From contig NC_092347.1 in NCBI RefSeq assembly GCF_963676685.1, positions 8,990,001-9,054,000 on the forward strand: 64,000 bases of DNA. The letters are read 5' to 3'. Origin of the DNA: Mytilus edulis (lineage: Eukaryota). Positions within the stretch are counted from its first letter, which is position 1. Each line of letters starts with the position of its first letter. The notes under the pieces are model-generated. The model saw nothing but the letters and a program-made list of their open reading frames with translations. It was not told the DNA's origin and searched no databases. The position numbers were made by a program, and so were the translations under genes. This document shows positions 39,436 to 52,335 of the stretch, piece by piece.

Positions 39436-39863
39436 CTTATCCATCTTTGGATTTCAAATGTTTGGCTTTGAGCGTTCCTGATGGAGGTTAATCCAGAAAA
39501 GCTCAAAGCCAAACATTTAAAATCCGAAGCTGTATAAATACCGAAACTGTTGAAGAGCTATACGTCAAAAATACCTAAAATGAATAGCCAAATTCATCTA
39601 AAGCCAACTTTGCCTGAGGGAGTTGAAACCTTAGTTTCCTGATAATTTTAAAAATTTATAAACTTTTAAATAAAACAATTTTTGTACAGCTTGTTAAATC
39701 ATGTCAGTACCGAAGTACTGACTACTAAGCTGATGATACACTTGTGGACTAATAGTCTACCAGCAGAGGTATCGACCCAGTGATGTAAAAAAATTGAAAA
39801 CAACTCGTTTAATAATTTCTTGCGTCCGAAGCGCTTTTCTGGATTTACCTTCATCAGGAACGC
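39436..39863 (-). mobile_element. Retrozyme (hammerhead-containing non-autonomous retroelement) monomer of about 360 nt with an inverted terminal segment
   Basis: Minus-strand unit runs from the HHR at 39863 to the start of the next HHR at about 39501, then flips. 39436-39503 is a plus-strand copy of the HHR-proximal region (ttggctttgagcgttcctgatggaggttaatccagaaaag). Confidence 0.7.
39822..39863 (-). ncRNA. Minimal type I hammerhead ribozyme, catalytic core intact
   Basis: Minus strand: GCGTTC CTGATGA AGGTAAATCCA GAAA AGCGCT TC|GGACGC. Stem I GCGUUC/GGACGC, palindromic helix III, UUC cleavage triplet; stem II is short (GG/CC). Confidence 0.75.
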
Positions 39864-41366
39864 AAGTTACGAAAACACTCAACAGAAGCAAGATCTGTTA
39901 TCAAAATCATGGTTTCTACACAACGACTTACATTCAGATATGAAAAAAAACATATACCTGTAAGAAACCCATAATTCTAGACTTGGACAAGGCATATCAT
40001 TATCTGTCGCGTTTACAATTTTGTATTTATAACCCTCTTCCCTTTCAATCTTGATCATTGATTATTTTAAATTGCTTAAACACGACTCATTTGGATTTTG
40101 TTGAATAATCGCCACATAAGCAATCATATCAATTCTCATTTTTCTTATAATAATATCATTCATTCATATGATATTAACCTACAGAAATAGATATATATTC
40201 ATCTTTGGAGTTTTTGCAGTTTGTCAGCTATGATACTAGTACACCTACTACCAATCGGCGATCAGTTTTGTATGTTCTCTGTTACCTGTGTAATTGTATT
40301 CGAAAAAAAATTGATACTGATGAAGCTTTTATTATCTCTTATAAACACACATGTAATAATCCATTTGATTATAATAAGACAATAAACTAACTACAGGTTT
40401 TCGAATCTGAATCAGCATTATACTGTGGTAAGGGCAACAACTGTAATGAATTTACAGTATATCAACAAAACGAAGTGTTTGTAATAATGATGCATGAACT
40501 TACAACTAATTGAGAACCAATTAAAACATATATTAGCAAGTTATCATTCATATATAACGATAATGCTAAACATAATATAATAATAATTTAAACATTTTCA
40601 GTATACATAGTATTCATTTCCGTCGATTAAGTATAAAACTTACACAAGGATAATGTTTACTTCGTATCATTATAATTCGTAGTTCAGATCTTATTTGTGT
40701 ATTTTTATCTGGAGTTTTGCTGACATTCTAGCATTATATTTTCCCTAAATAACGGCAACAGTAGTATCTGGTGTTCAAAGGTCGTGAATCGATTGAGAAA
40801 AAACAATTCCGGGTTACAAACTTTAACCTGGGAAACACAAAAACAAAGGAAAACAAAGGAACCACAGGAACACTGAAGTGCAACAAAAAAAAAAAAAAAA
40901 AAACACCACTGCTCAAGTAATTATATAATTGTCATAAATTTATCAGAGAATAAAGACTCTTGGTTGACTGAACTGTTACTGCCCTTGTAAGCCGTATACG
41001 AACATTTTAAGAGATATGAACTGACACACTCTTATTCTTGACTAGATCACATGAAAATTATCCAGTGAACACCTGTGTTTCAAAAAAAACATTAGTATCA
41101 GGTTGGAAGTAAATTGTTTTGGTGTTATGTTGGGTCCTTCTGTATATTGGTGTTCTTTATTGGTTTATTTCACTACCGACAACTTTGGCATGGATCCTAC
41201 TTAAAAAAAGATATGGTGTCTTCATGTACATTAAAGACGATATTCAATACATGTAATGTATATCACTACTTTGAATGTGCATATATACGCAATAGTATAG
41301 CTTTTTATCAAAATGTAAATTTATGGGATATCTTGGACTCTAATGTACAAGAATACCGTTTTTGTA

Positions 41367-41714
41367 AATAAAGGCAACAGTAGTATACCGCTGTTCAAAA
41401 CTCATAAATCCATGGACAAAAAACTAAATCGGGGTAACAAACTAAAACCGAGGAAAACGCATTAAATATAAGAGGAGAACAACGACATAACACCGAAACG
41501 TAACACACACAGAAACGGACCAAGCATCAGACAAAACCCCACGAGAATAACAAATATAACATGAAAACCAAATACATGAATTTGGGATAGACAAGTACCG
41601 TGCCACGTCTTATCTCAATTTCTCAAAAATAAGAGAAAACACAAACGACTCAACGTTAAAATGCAACACACACAGAAACGAACAATAATATAACAATGGC
41701 CATCTTCCTGACTT
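41367..41714 (+). repeat. Abundant interspersed repeat family B (AATAAAGGCAACAGTAGTATACCGCTGTTC...), probably a Helitron/Helentron-type non-autonomous element
   Basis: Copies at 36012-36300 (+), 40748-40890 (+), 48028-48370 (+) and 28085-28228 (-). The superfamily assignment is inference. Confidence 0.8.
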
Positions 41715-41747
41715 TGTAAAATATTAATTGTGCGTTTTAAACCTTAA

Positions 41748-41990
41748 AAAGTAAAATCACGAAAATACTAAACTCAGAGGAAAATTCAAAACGGACAGTC
41801 ACTAATCAAATGGCAAAATCAAAAGCTCAAACACATCAAACAAATGGATAACGACTATCATATTCCTGTCATTTCTTATATAACAAATATTGGATTGAAT
41901 CTGATTTTATGGCTTGCTAAACCTCTCACTTGAATGACAGTCGCATCAAATTCCATTATATTGACAACGATGCGTGAACAAACAGACATA
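41748..41990 (+). repeat. Abundant interspersed repeat family D (AAAAGTAAAATCAC.AAAATACT.AACTC.GAGGAAAATTCAAAACGG)
   Basis: Reverse-complement copies at 38025-38238, 46752-46862 and 12700-12760. Confidence 0.8.
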
Positions 41991-42342
41991 ACAAGTAAAA
42001 ATGGTAAAAATAGGGTATTATGTTATTTCAACTGATCGGGCGGAGCTTATGTTTTAATTTGTGTAAGAACAGGTTATTTGAAGATGTGTGTGATAAGGAT
42101 GATTGCCGTTATAATTATTATTGAATTCTAATCACTAATCAGTGTTACCAAACGCATATACAAAAGAACTGAATGTATGATATGGGACTAATAATTGGAC
42201 ACTTCATTGATGACCTTATCCCAAAACTCCTATCTATAGATGGATTGGCCTTAAATGAGCGAAAGTCTTAAACTCCGCCAAGTCAAACAAAATTAATCTA
42301 GTAATACACCAGTCAACATTGTCTTTTAATCTTGAGTAAAGT

Positions 42343-42707
42343 AATAAAATTGAGAATGGAAATGGGGAATGTGCCAAAGAGACAACAACCCGACCATAGA
42401 AAAAAACAACAGCAGAAGGTCACACACACGTTTTTTAATGTAGCGAGAAATTCCCGCGAAATTCCGGAGTCGTCCTTCAGCTGGCCCCTAAACAAATATA
42501 TACTGGTTCAGTGATAATGAACGCCATACTTATTTCCAAATTGTACACAAGAAACTAAAATTAAAATAATACAAGACTAACAAAGGCCAGAGGCTCCTGA
42601 CTTGGGACATGCGCAAAAATGCGGTGGGGTTAATGTTTGTGAGATCTCAACCCTCCCCCTATACCTCTAGCCAATGTAGAAAAGTAAACGCATAACAATG
42701 CGCATAT
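42343..42707 (+). repeat. Abundant interspersed repeat family A (AAATTGAGAATGGAAATGGGGAATGTG..AAAGAGACAACAACCCGACC), longest copy
   Basis: Other copies at 11269-11354 (+), 49190-49517 (-) and 63937-64000 (+, runs off the window). Confidence 0.85.
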
Positions 42708-45700
42708 TGTATACTTCCACTGCTCGGCAAAGCACATGGAAATGTGTTCACACCGTTTTTTGTTCTATTTACGGTATAAAATAACTAAAAGCCGTATTTC
42801 ACATCATATAAAAATTTGATGTTAAGTAAATGTCGATGAGTCAAAAGTTAGCCATCTTGTAACTAAATAGGGCCATTGCAAGCTTTTCATAAAGTTGTCA
42901 AAAGATAAATACGCTCACAAAGTACGTAAGGTGGGAAACGATTTGTTCGTCGGAATACGATATACAACTTCAAATAAAACGTTCATCGTATGATTTTTTG
43001 AAAAAGTTCATACTGCTTATAGTCTATAAAGGGATAGTGAGATAACAGATCTGTTTTATCATGTCGCCTCATGAACAAACAGATCTTACAGATGTCTTCA
43101 TACTAACTAAAGCAAGCATTAGACTAAAATCAAACCTTACAGCATTTAAAAAATTAAACATCCAGTTTACCACAAAAAACGAAAACAGTTATAGTTACTT
43201 CACACATGAAAAATGCTCGCGGGAATCTATTACGTCATCATTAATATAAAGCGATATTAACCCTCAAAGGAAAACTACAATTAAAATGACCATGAACTTG
43301 TATCATTCAAAAAGAGATATAAGTTACTGTAAACAATATTGTTACATTGTTATCAATAGCTATTTATGCGCTTTAGGAATCCCAGTAGACAAAAATAATA
43401 ATGTATTGGCCAATTATCAGCCAACTCACTACTTAATTAACGTCTGTCAGTAATTGTTGATATGTCTGCCATACTTGACATTTACTGGGGTTGTCCAGAA
43501 AAATAGGAACCAAAATAGAGATAATCAAATCAATGAGCGTAAAAACTGTATTTAATTATAGTTATAAAAATAGGAAGTCAATCAGACATTTTAGTCACAT
43601 CTATCAAAATAATGTCACGCACTTTAGGAGCCTGATCAATGTCCATTATTTTGGTTAATGATAGGCTGAGGGTGCTTACAACAGAAAACTTTAGAAATGA
43701 TATTTATAATTTTATAGAGAAAGTTTTATAAGCAATCTGAAAAGTGAAGAACAGCGGTATTACTAGACAGATGAAAATTTACTTAACATACATATGTGAA
43801 GCAAAATTTTTATAAAACGGAATACATTATTTTTTTTAGGAAGATCAACACTAAACGGACATTACAGCTTAACATGTCTGAGGTCAAATACTCAACAACA
43901 AATACATAGGGTTATCGGCCTTTTGGTTTCAGTTGAATAACAGACAGTTGAATGTGTATCCCCATACACATATACCTAAAGCACTCAGTCTTAATTATTG
44001 ACATCGTTTTATTATAAATAATAATGTTTAAAATTTAATCACAATTTTGATGATATTATCAGATTATAGATTACGACGCCCATGATATTTGAGACGTGAA
44101 TTGTCATTGTACACTATCATTCTCTAGGGAAAACTTATCTGTACTATCCGGGCAATTGTAACAATTTTTTGACACATTTTTAATTACTATTGCTTATAAT
44201 GCTTTAATTCGAATGAAAATTCATGGATTTCATTTGTCCCCAATATAGGGCTTATTTAAAATTATGATTTATTATCTCGATGAATCGAATTTAATTCAAC
44301 AACAACATATGTCTGTTTGTTAAAATTTTACTTTCATTGTTCTTTTGATACGTCGAAACTAGAACACAATTTGATTTTCATTGAAAGTCGATACATACAG
44401 GTCATTTTATTTGGTTTTTAGGTCTAGACAAGTTACATATGACTTAAATAATTATCGTGTCAAATCATGTACTCCATATGTATGTGGCTCAAGTAATGTT
44501 CAAATCCAAACGAAATTTCCAGAGCATTTCTTTTTTTACATGTTTGGTTTGTAAGTGTCGACGTTTCATTAGTAAAGTTCGATAAAAGTAGTTAAAAGTT
44601 TTTATTTTCTGACATGTTTATTCATCAAATTTTATCATGAAACAATGGACTTAAGATTTCGGGTCAAAAAGGACACTTACCAAACTTACTTATTGTTATA
44701 GCCAGAGGCAATATCCATCATTTAAACATTTCCGTTTGATATCAAACAACATATAGTCCAAAATACAAATATTTTTCGAATTCACGCTTGTACAGCTTTA
44801 ACGAATCAGAAAATAGAAAATGGTGTCGTTTGGACACTTGGTAGGTAGTAAAACATAATCCAATTATATGACAAACATGGCTACCATAAAGATAAACATG
44901 TCGATTTTCTGGAAATTAAAGTTTTTAATCAGAAAACTGACACAAATTAATCACAAAAATATCTATCTTATAATTAACAGTCTTACCAAAGTATTCACCT
45001 TTCTTTGCTTATCATTGTATTTTGTCTTCATTGTTATGCCTTTCGCTAGCATGCCGATTTCAACAATCAGTTTCCAAATGGGTACTGATCGATTTTGTGT
45101 GTTTTTTTTTATTAATATTATGTAGAATTATTTTAGAAAACATCTTTAAAAAAAAGAGGTATTGTGACAGAGCGTTCACTTCAATCAGAGGTAAAATATC
45201 TTTTATTGATGACGTCTTGTACCACAAATAAACCACATTTTAATGAGCATCTAATATTTCTTTTAAAGTGACCAGAAAAGATATAAAAACGTAGAAATTG
45301 ATTCATATATTGATATGTTCGATGATTTTGATGAAGATTGGCGACGTGAGAACGTAATGATTCTTATTTCACACTGTCCACTTCCCATTTCTAAGCAATT
45401 ACACACACACCTTTTTTCCTATAAGCATCATATGGCAATTTCGTAACTCAATTAATATTTTACTTTTGGTAATGTAAATAATGTACAATATGCTAAATTC
45501 ATCAACAGGAGATGCAAAATCTGCCTCAATAGAGTTGTGAATAAGAACGATAGATATCGACACTACATTACCTTTACAGGTCTATGCTGTCTGTTTGTTG
45601 TTTTCTTTGTAAGCCATGACGTTGTTAGTTTATTTTTGATCTACGAGTTTGACTGTGCCTTTGGTATCTTTCGCCCCTCTTTTCACGCTTTTTCTAATTC

Positions 45701-48027
45701 GTTTGAATCCCTCATAATTTATTTTCTTTGATTTACTGGTTGTCAATGAGTAATATACATTTGTATTTCGGTCATATCAGTTTTTTATGCTAGCAAACAT
45801 TTTTTTATTTGGTTTTTAAACATTAATCCCCGAGCTTGGAGGATAAAAATGTATTAATCTGAAAACACCAGTTACGCTCAAAGGAATCCTTTTCTGTGTT
45901 TATTCACATAAATGTAGGATATTGCTGTGACCTTTTCATTTTTTTTGTCATTTTAAGTATCATTTGTTCATGCGAGGAATCAAAAGATGAACAGAACAGG
46001 ACGTTTCTTATTTGGATATAACTATACTTTGTTTTAATAGACCAGTTTTAAACAATGACTTATTATTGAGTATTTTTAATGATTTTGCGAAAAAAAAAGT
46101 ACACGTCTGTGTTTGCATTGCATGACAAATAACCGTATTTTTTTTTAAGTGCATGCCGTTTGGGAATTGTTTTCCAATCGAACTTAAAATGGCATTTTAC
46201 CAATATCCGAGTGAATTACAATAAATTACTATACATGTGAAAACTTAATATATTTTCAATTTAGGATCGAAAGAGTAATTAAAATTTATAAATACCGTTT
46301 ACTCAACGCTTGTTTGTTGAAATGCTAAAAGGCATTTGCACTTGATGAATGCGTTTTATATAACTGTTTTATTTAACTTAATGTTGGGTAAATAATAAGT
46401 AAAAATTTATTGTTTTCCCTTATAAAAAAAAATGGAACCCTATTGCAGTCAGAAATTTCAAATAAAACAAAACATGCAAATTAGGGAGATATAGGTTGAA
46501 GATCGATAAAAACACTATACATATATATTTAACAAAATAAAATAAAAAGATTGTATGTCATAAGTATTAAAAAATGACTTCTATCAAATGCTGTTTTCAA
46601 TTAACGAATAACAAGCACAGGCGCTACGTGTTCACAGTATCATGATATTGCTGAACATTAAAATAGATGACAAAATGCAATCATTATGTTAAATATAGTT
46701 GTACCAAACGTCTACACGACTTATTGTTTGTCGAGTTTTAAAAAAATAATCTGACAGTTCTTGTCCATTCGTTTTTGATGTGTTTTGTCAGTTGATTTTA
46801 CCATGTGATTATGGACTTTCCGATTCGATTTTCCTCTGAGTTCAGTATTTTTGTGATTTTAATTTTTTTTATATCCATCCTCGTCCCTTGGTTCCTGGTT
46901 CGTATTTGTCTCATTGGCAATCATCACTGTTTGTTTATTATCATGAGTAACGTAATTTATGCATCGTAAAAATTTGAGGAAAAAACTTCAACTGAAGAAA
47001 TACCTTTAGACAAGAAATATTTCCTCGCACAAAAGCGCATACAATTAATAGGATTGCATTTGTAAACAGTCCGATTTTACGTACTAGATATTGTATGACT
47101 ATCTTTGTGTGTAAATTTATCCAAAATTAGAAAAACATCATTAACTTATTTTGCTCAGCCCATTTGCATGCTTGAATTTAAGAAATACATACATGTATAT
47201 ATGCATAGTAGTACCATACAGGTATAATTATTCAGGACTACCAATAATTAGCAATGTCATTAAATCACCAATACCAGAAAGTCGTTAAAAATCATAAACC
47301 ACCAAGGGAATTTACTAGTTAGGATTATGACATGAATATTTAGAATTAATTTTTCTTTGACAGTTACTTGTCCCAAACCATGACAATTAAATTCTATTTA
47401 TGGTGCATGCATATTGAGTAAAGGCAAGAGCAATCAACCGATATATTAATCTCACAAAGGAATTAGGAAGATCAGACAATTACCGAGGGTGTCGAAAGAA
47501 CTCAAAATAAGCGAGAGCGGATGGGTTGACATGCTGAATGTTTTCTGTTCATTCCCCATCTCCAAGGCGAATCCACACTCAGTCAAAATATCAGATTCGG
47601 GAATTTAACACAATCGGTAAAATGACGGATAAGACGACTATTCGGGTATCTAAAGCTCGAAGACTGTGGAAAATCATGTCCCAAGTGAGGTGACACACAA
47701 ACATATCAGATATATCAATCGATTCGTAATGGTAACCGTAAATATAGTGTTGATTTTATTTGGAATCATGTTTAAATATTACGAATCATGCATAATTTAT
47801 CAGTATGACTAAAGGCAATGCTGTAATGAAATTAGAGCTTAGTTATCGTTTTAAATACATTTGAAATTTAAATGCGATAAATTCAGAACGGACACTTCTG
47901 CTTCATACATGTCAGGTCATCTTGTGATTAAAAGTGTAATTCACATTTAGCTCAATTGCAATGATACAGTTTTGTCATATATACACATTCTATCTACATT
48001 GCAAATTACATTGTATATTTACTGAAT

Positions 48028-48435
48028 AATAAAGGCAACAGTAGTACACCGCTGTTCGAAATTCATAAACCGATAGAGGAAAAAAACAAATTCGGGTAAC
48101 AAACTTAAACTGAGGGAATCGCTTCAAATATAAAAGGAGAACTACGACAAAACAGAAACGCAACACACCGAAACGAACTATAATATACCAATGGCCATTT
48201 TCCTGACTAGGTACAATACATTTTAATAAAAATGAATGGTGGGTTGACCCTGGTTTTTTGGCATGCCAAACCTCCCGCTCTTATGGCAACATTACATGAT
48301 AGTACAATACAAATAAATGGGAGAACATATAAGACAGAAACACACACGATTAATACCTAACACAAGGTTCCAGGTTTAAAATTTAATACACAAGACGCGC
48401 GTGGCGTCTACACAAAACTAACCGGTGACGATCAG
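48028..48435 (+). repeat. Repeat family B copy joined at its 3' side to a decayed antisense retrozyme fragment
   Basis: aataaaggcaacagtagtacaccgctg at the start; ...ccaggtttaaaatttaatacacaagacgcgcgt..cgtctacac at the end. Confidence 0.7.
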
Positions 48436-49189
48436 TTCGAAAGCTGCCCATACATAGGCGTTTCGAATCGATTGAAATACTAGGTTTTGTTTGCTTGTGT
48501 ACAGCAGCAGTAACTATTTAAAGATATGATTTTATTCAAACTGATATTTATGTTTTAGTTCCAAAAGCTTCATTCAATGGTATTCAATATCGTTTGTGAC
48601 AGATATTATGTTTGGAACCTTTGTTTGGCTTCTGAAATGGCAGAAACCAATATCAATCTTTAGTGAATTATATAATATTGATTAAAAGGCTAAAACATAA
48701 TGATCTATAGCTAGTTTTCAACTTCATTGTATAAACGTCATTAAAATGTAAATATGAAGTCATAAACACGTGATTATTGACATTCAGGACTATACTATAT
48801 CACGCATAGTTTAATATAAATGTAAGATATGAGAAACCGACTGACTCCAAGAAATATATAGCTCATATCAATCCCTTTTGTAGGACACGAGGTTGAAATT
48901 TCTGTTTGTTTTCCAAAAGTTTAAGTTTAAATTTAGGGGTTTAGCCATTATTCCAATAAAATAAAACCAACTGACTCTAACATAACAATGTTAAAGTAGA
49001 TCTGATTCTTTACTCCCTACCATCCGATCAAGAACCTGTATGTTCCCTTCCAACGTTTATGGCAACACTACCTAGCATTGCACAGTCGCCGTATCCCCCT
49101 ATCCCTATAGCTGATGAAATCAGCTTTCATAATATGTATGTACGTTGGTGTATTATATTCTTTATTTGATTGCTATTTCTGATTCCCGC

Positions 49190-49517
49190 CAGTTTTTTTT
49201 CATTGGCTAGAGGTAAAGGGGAGGGTTGAGACCTGACAAAACATGTTTAACCCCTGCATGTTTGCCTCTGTCCCAAATCAGGAGCGTCCGACCTTTGCTC
49301 GTCATGTATTATTTTTAATTTTAGTTCATTTGTATCTTTCAAAGTTCAGTATGATGTAAATGTTCACTGAACTAGTAGATATTTTTGTAACCGGCCTGCT
49401 AAAGCACGACGACGGTTTTTCTCGATGTGTTGATGACCCATAAGTGGCCTTCGTCTGTTGTCTGCTCTTTGGGCGAGTTGTTGACTCTTTGACGTATTTC
49501 CCATTTCTATTCTCATT
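49190..49517 (-). repeat. Repeat family A, diverged copy
   Basis: Reverse complement of 42345-42680. Confidence 0.8.
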
Positions 49518-52159
49518 TCGGAGCTGTTGATACTTCTGAAGGTTTTTTTTTAAGTATTGAATTTCAGAATTCTACGTTTTTTGTATTCATGTCTTTTTTT
49601 TTCTGAATTATAATTTGTATAACCCCTTGGGATCTTTTACCCAATTACCTGTTGAAGGTTGGGTGTTCGAACACATACAGTCTTAAAGTTATAGAGGAAA
49701 TTTTTGTGTTTTGACAATTATAAATCGGAGTATATGAAACAGTTCACCTAAAATATCATTGATTTTGGTAAATGATGTCAATTATTGTTGAGCACATTAA
49801 ATAATGAATATGGGAGACACATTATAGATTAAATGATTAAAAAAATATACACTTTATTTAATTTACAGATTTTATCATCATTACACAATTGCATCAGACA
49901 AATACTGGGTCATATAGGGATGCAAAACTTAGAGCAAACAAATTTCCACTTAATACACAAAACAGTCATCGTGGTAATGTTGTTTTGATAGGAATGTCGT
50001 TATGATACAACATACCATATCAGTAAGTTCATAATTTAGGACAATGTATATACAACTGCTGGCTCTGTTATTCAATTTGTAGTTCACACAGACGGATTAT
50101 CTCCCCGGTTATATTAAATAGTCGTCTGACATCGCCTACGTGTTTTGTGTTATCACCTATCACTAGTTTTTAATCAGATGTGTTTTGGAAAATGACAGTT
50201 ACGATTGGTGTTGTCTGTGCCATTTCTTTATAATCCATTTAAATGCAATAATGCATGACAATCATATGTTTTAATGGGCTTCATAATATACCAATGAGTC
50301 ATACGGATCTAATATTTCAATTCATGAAGACTACAAAGTCTTAAGACTAATAAAGTGTGCATAAAAGTTTCCATTGTTTCAACGTTAACTATTTTTTGCA
50401 ATTTTTAACTTTTCAATACCTTCAGGGGTTACTTTCAATACATTTCTGCAGATAGAAGGATGTTTTTGTTTCCGGGTTTTCTACATCATATATCTAACCA
50501 GTCACAAACAGAGACGGAAAATACATAGGGGACATTAAAACTTAAAAATGAAACGACAATGCCAAGCCAAAGGAAAGGAAACAATACAAAAAACAACAGG
50601 GAGGCTCAAGACTAAACAAGACGTACGCTACACATTCTTGAGGTGATTTTCACAGTAGAACGAAGATCCTTCTCTACATATTGCACCCGTCTTGACATGT
50701 GTATGAACTCAGTAGAAGTATGATATATTGTTCATTTTGAACATCGGTTATATCAAAGATAATGGAACTGATGATTTTCAGCTTTTATTTTTTCAATCTT
50801 TTTTTATGTTTTATTAATTTAGCTGACTTTTTGTTTGTTATTTCAATGTTCTCTTAAATAGACAATATGATTTTGTAATTTAGGCAACTTTGTCTAGATA
50901 AACAGCATTTAGTAATCAAAAATCCGTTGTTAGGCGACTCCCTTTTCACTGGCAAATAAAACAAATCCGTTGTTTGGCAAAACATCTTTTCACTGAAATA
51001 TAAAACGATCCTTGATTCGAGAGTTTGTTTACAATGTTTATCATTGTTTCCTTAATACATTTATTTAAAGTGGTCCAACAAGCCCTTTGACATACCATGT
51101 TCTTTTTGGGTAGATCAATTAGCTAAATACGTTCGAGGTCGTCTACAAGACAACAAATGTCTGAGGTGAATGACCTTTTTCAGAACAATTACATAATAAT
51201 AAATTTAAACTTAAAATATACCATGCTATAACATAATTACTTAAGCACTCAGTTTTGATTATTGGCACCGTGTCATATTAAATACACTTTGTCAAATTTC
51301 CAGTTGAATACGATTTTGATGATATAATCAGATTGTGGATTACAAAGACAACGATATTTAAGTGTAAATGACTGTGAAAATTGTAGGTTTTTACAACATT
51401 GAATAAAAACAGGCCACATTATTTTTGTCTATCATAGACTGGACAAACATATTTTTTATATCAATTTACCTATCTGCCTTGTATGTGAGTTTGTTTAGTT
51501 TATGTGAAAATGCACTTGTTTACTTGTCGTTGATGATGAAAATCCAGACAATTTTGTTCTACTTAGACATAGACACATCTTTTTAAGAATATTGTGAAGT
51601 ATGGGTCAATGCATTTTAAGTCATATTAAGAACAACAGTTTTATTACACTTTGAGCTTTTCACTGCATTGGAATGAAACACATTACAAACGGTGAATAAT
51701 TTGGAGGGTGTCTGTCAAAGATATGAAAACAATACACCAACCGGTAAACATGTGATTTACCCAATTTATACGACTCAGTGAGAATATTTTGGCTAAACAA
51801 TTGACAGGATGTTAAAGATTATATACGAAAAGAGGCTTATGTTCAGCATTCAACATGACATTTATTTTCGAACCATTTTTAATAGATATAAGAAGATGTT
51901 GTACCGGTATGAGTGCCAATGAGACGACTCTCTATCCAAATAAAACTTTATAAAAGTCAACCATTATAGGTCAAGGTACGGTCTTCAACACGGAGTCTAA
52001 GCTCAGATCGAAGCTAAAAGTAGCTACCGTCGGGTGCAGACAAAGCATTTCATGAAGCTGGGCAGAAGTAGTTAACGAGGGTTTTCTCGCGTGCACTTCG
52101 TATAAATGCCGTATTACCTCTGCGTTAAATTCACATTTTCAGTAAACATAAAAAGTAAA

Positions 52160-52335
52160 CAGGCATTTACTTTCGCGTTTTCCTCCTCGTTAACGCAAAA
52201 ACGGCGTTTTTTTAAATCATATTAAGGATAAACGGACGTTTACTTTCGCGTTTTCCTCCTCGTTAACGCGGAAACGGCGCGTCTTCTAATTATGTAACGG
52301 GTTAACGGGAATTTACTTTCGCGTTTACTTCCGCC
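52160..52335. repeat. Three direct repeats of period about 72 bp (TTTACTTTCGCGTTT...) inside a probable transposon relic (about 52010-52380)
   Basis: tttactttcgcgttt at about 52166, 52239 and 52312; CpG-rich relative to the flanks. Confidence 0.65.
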
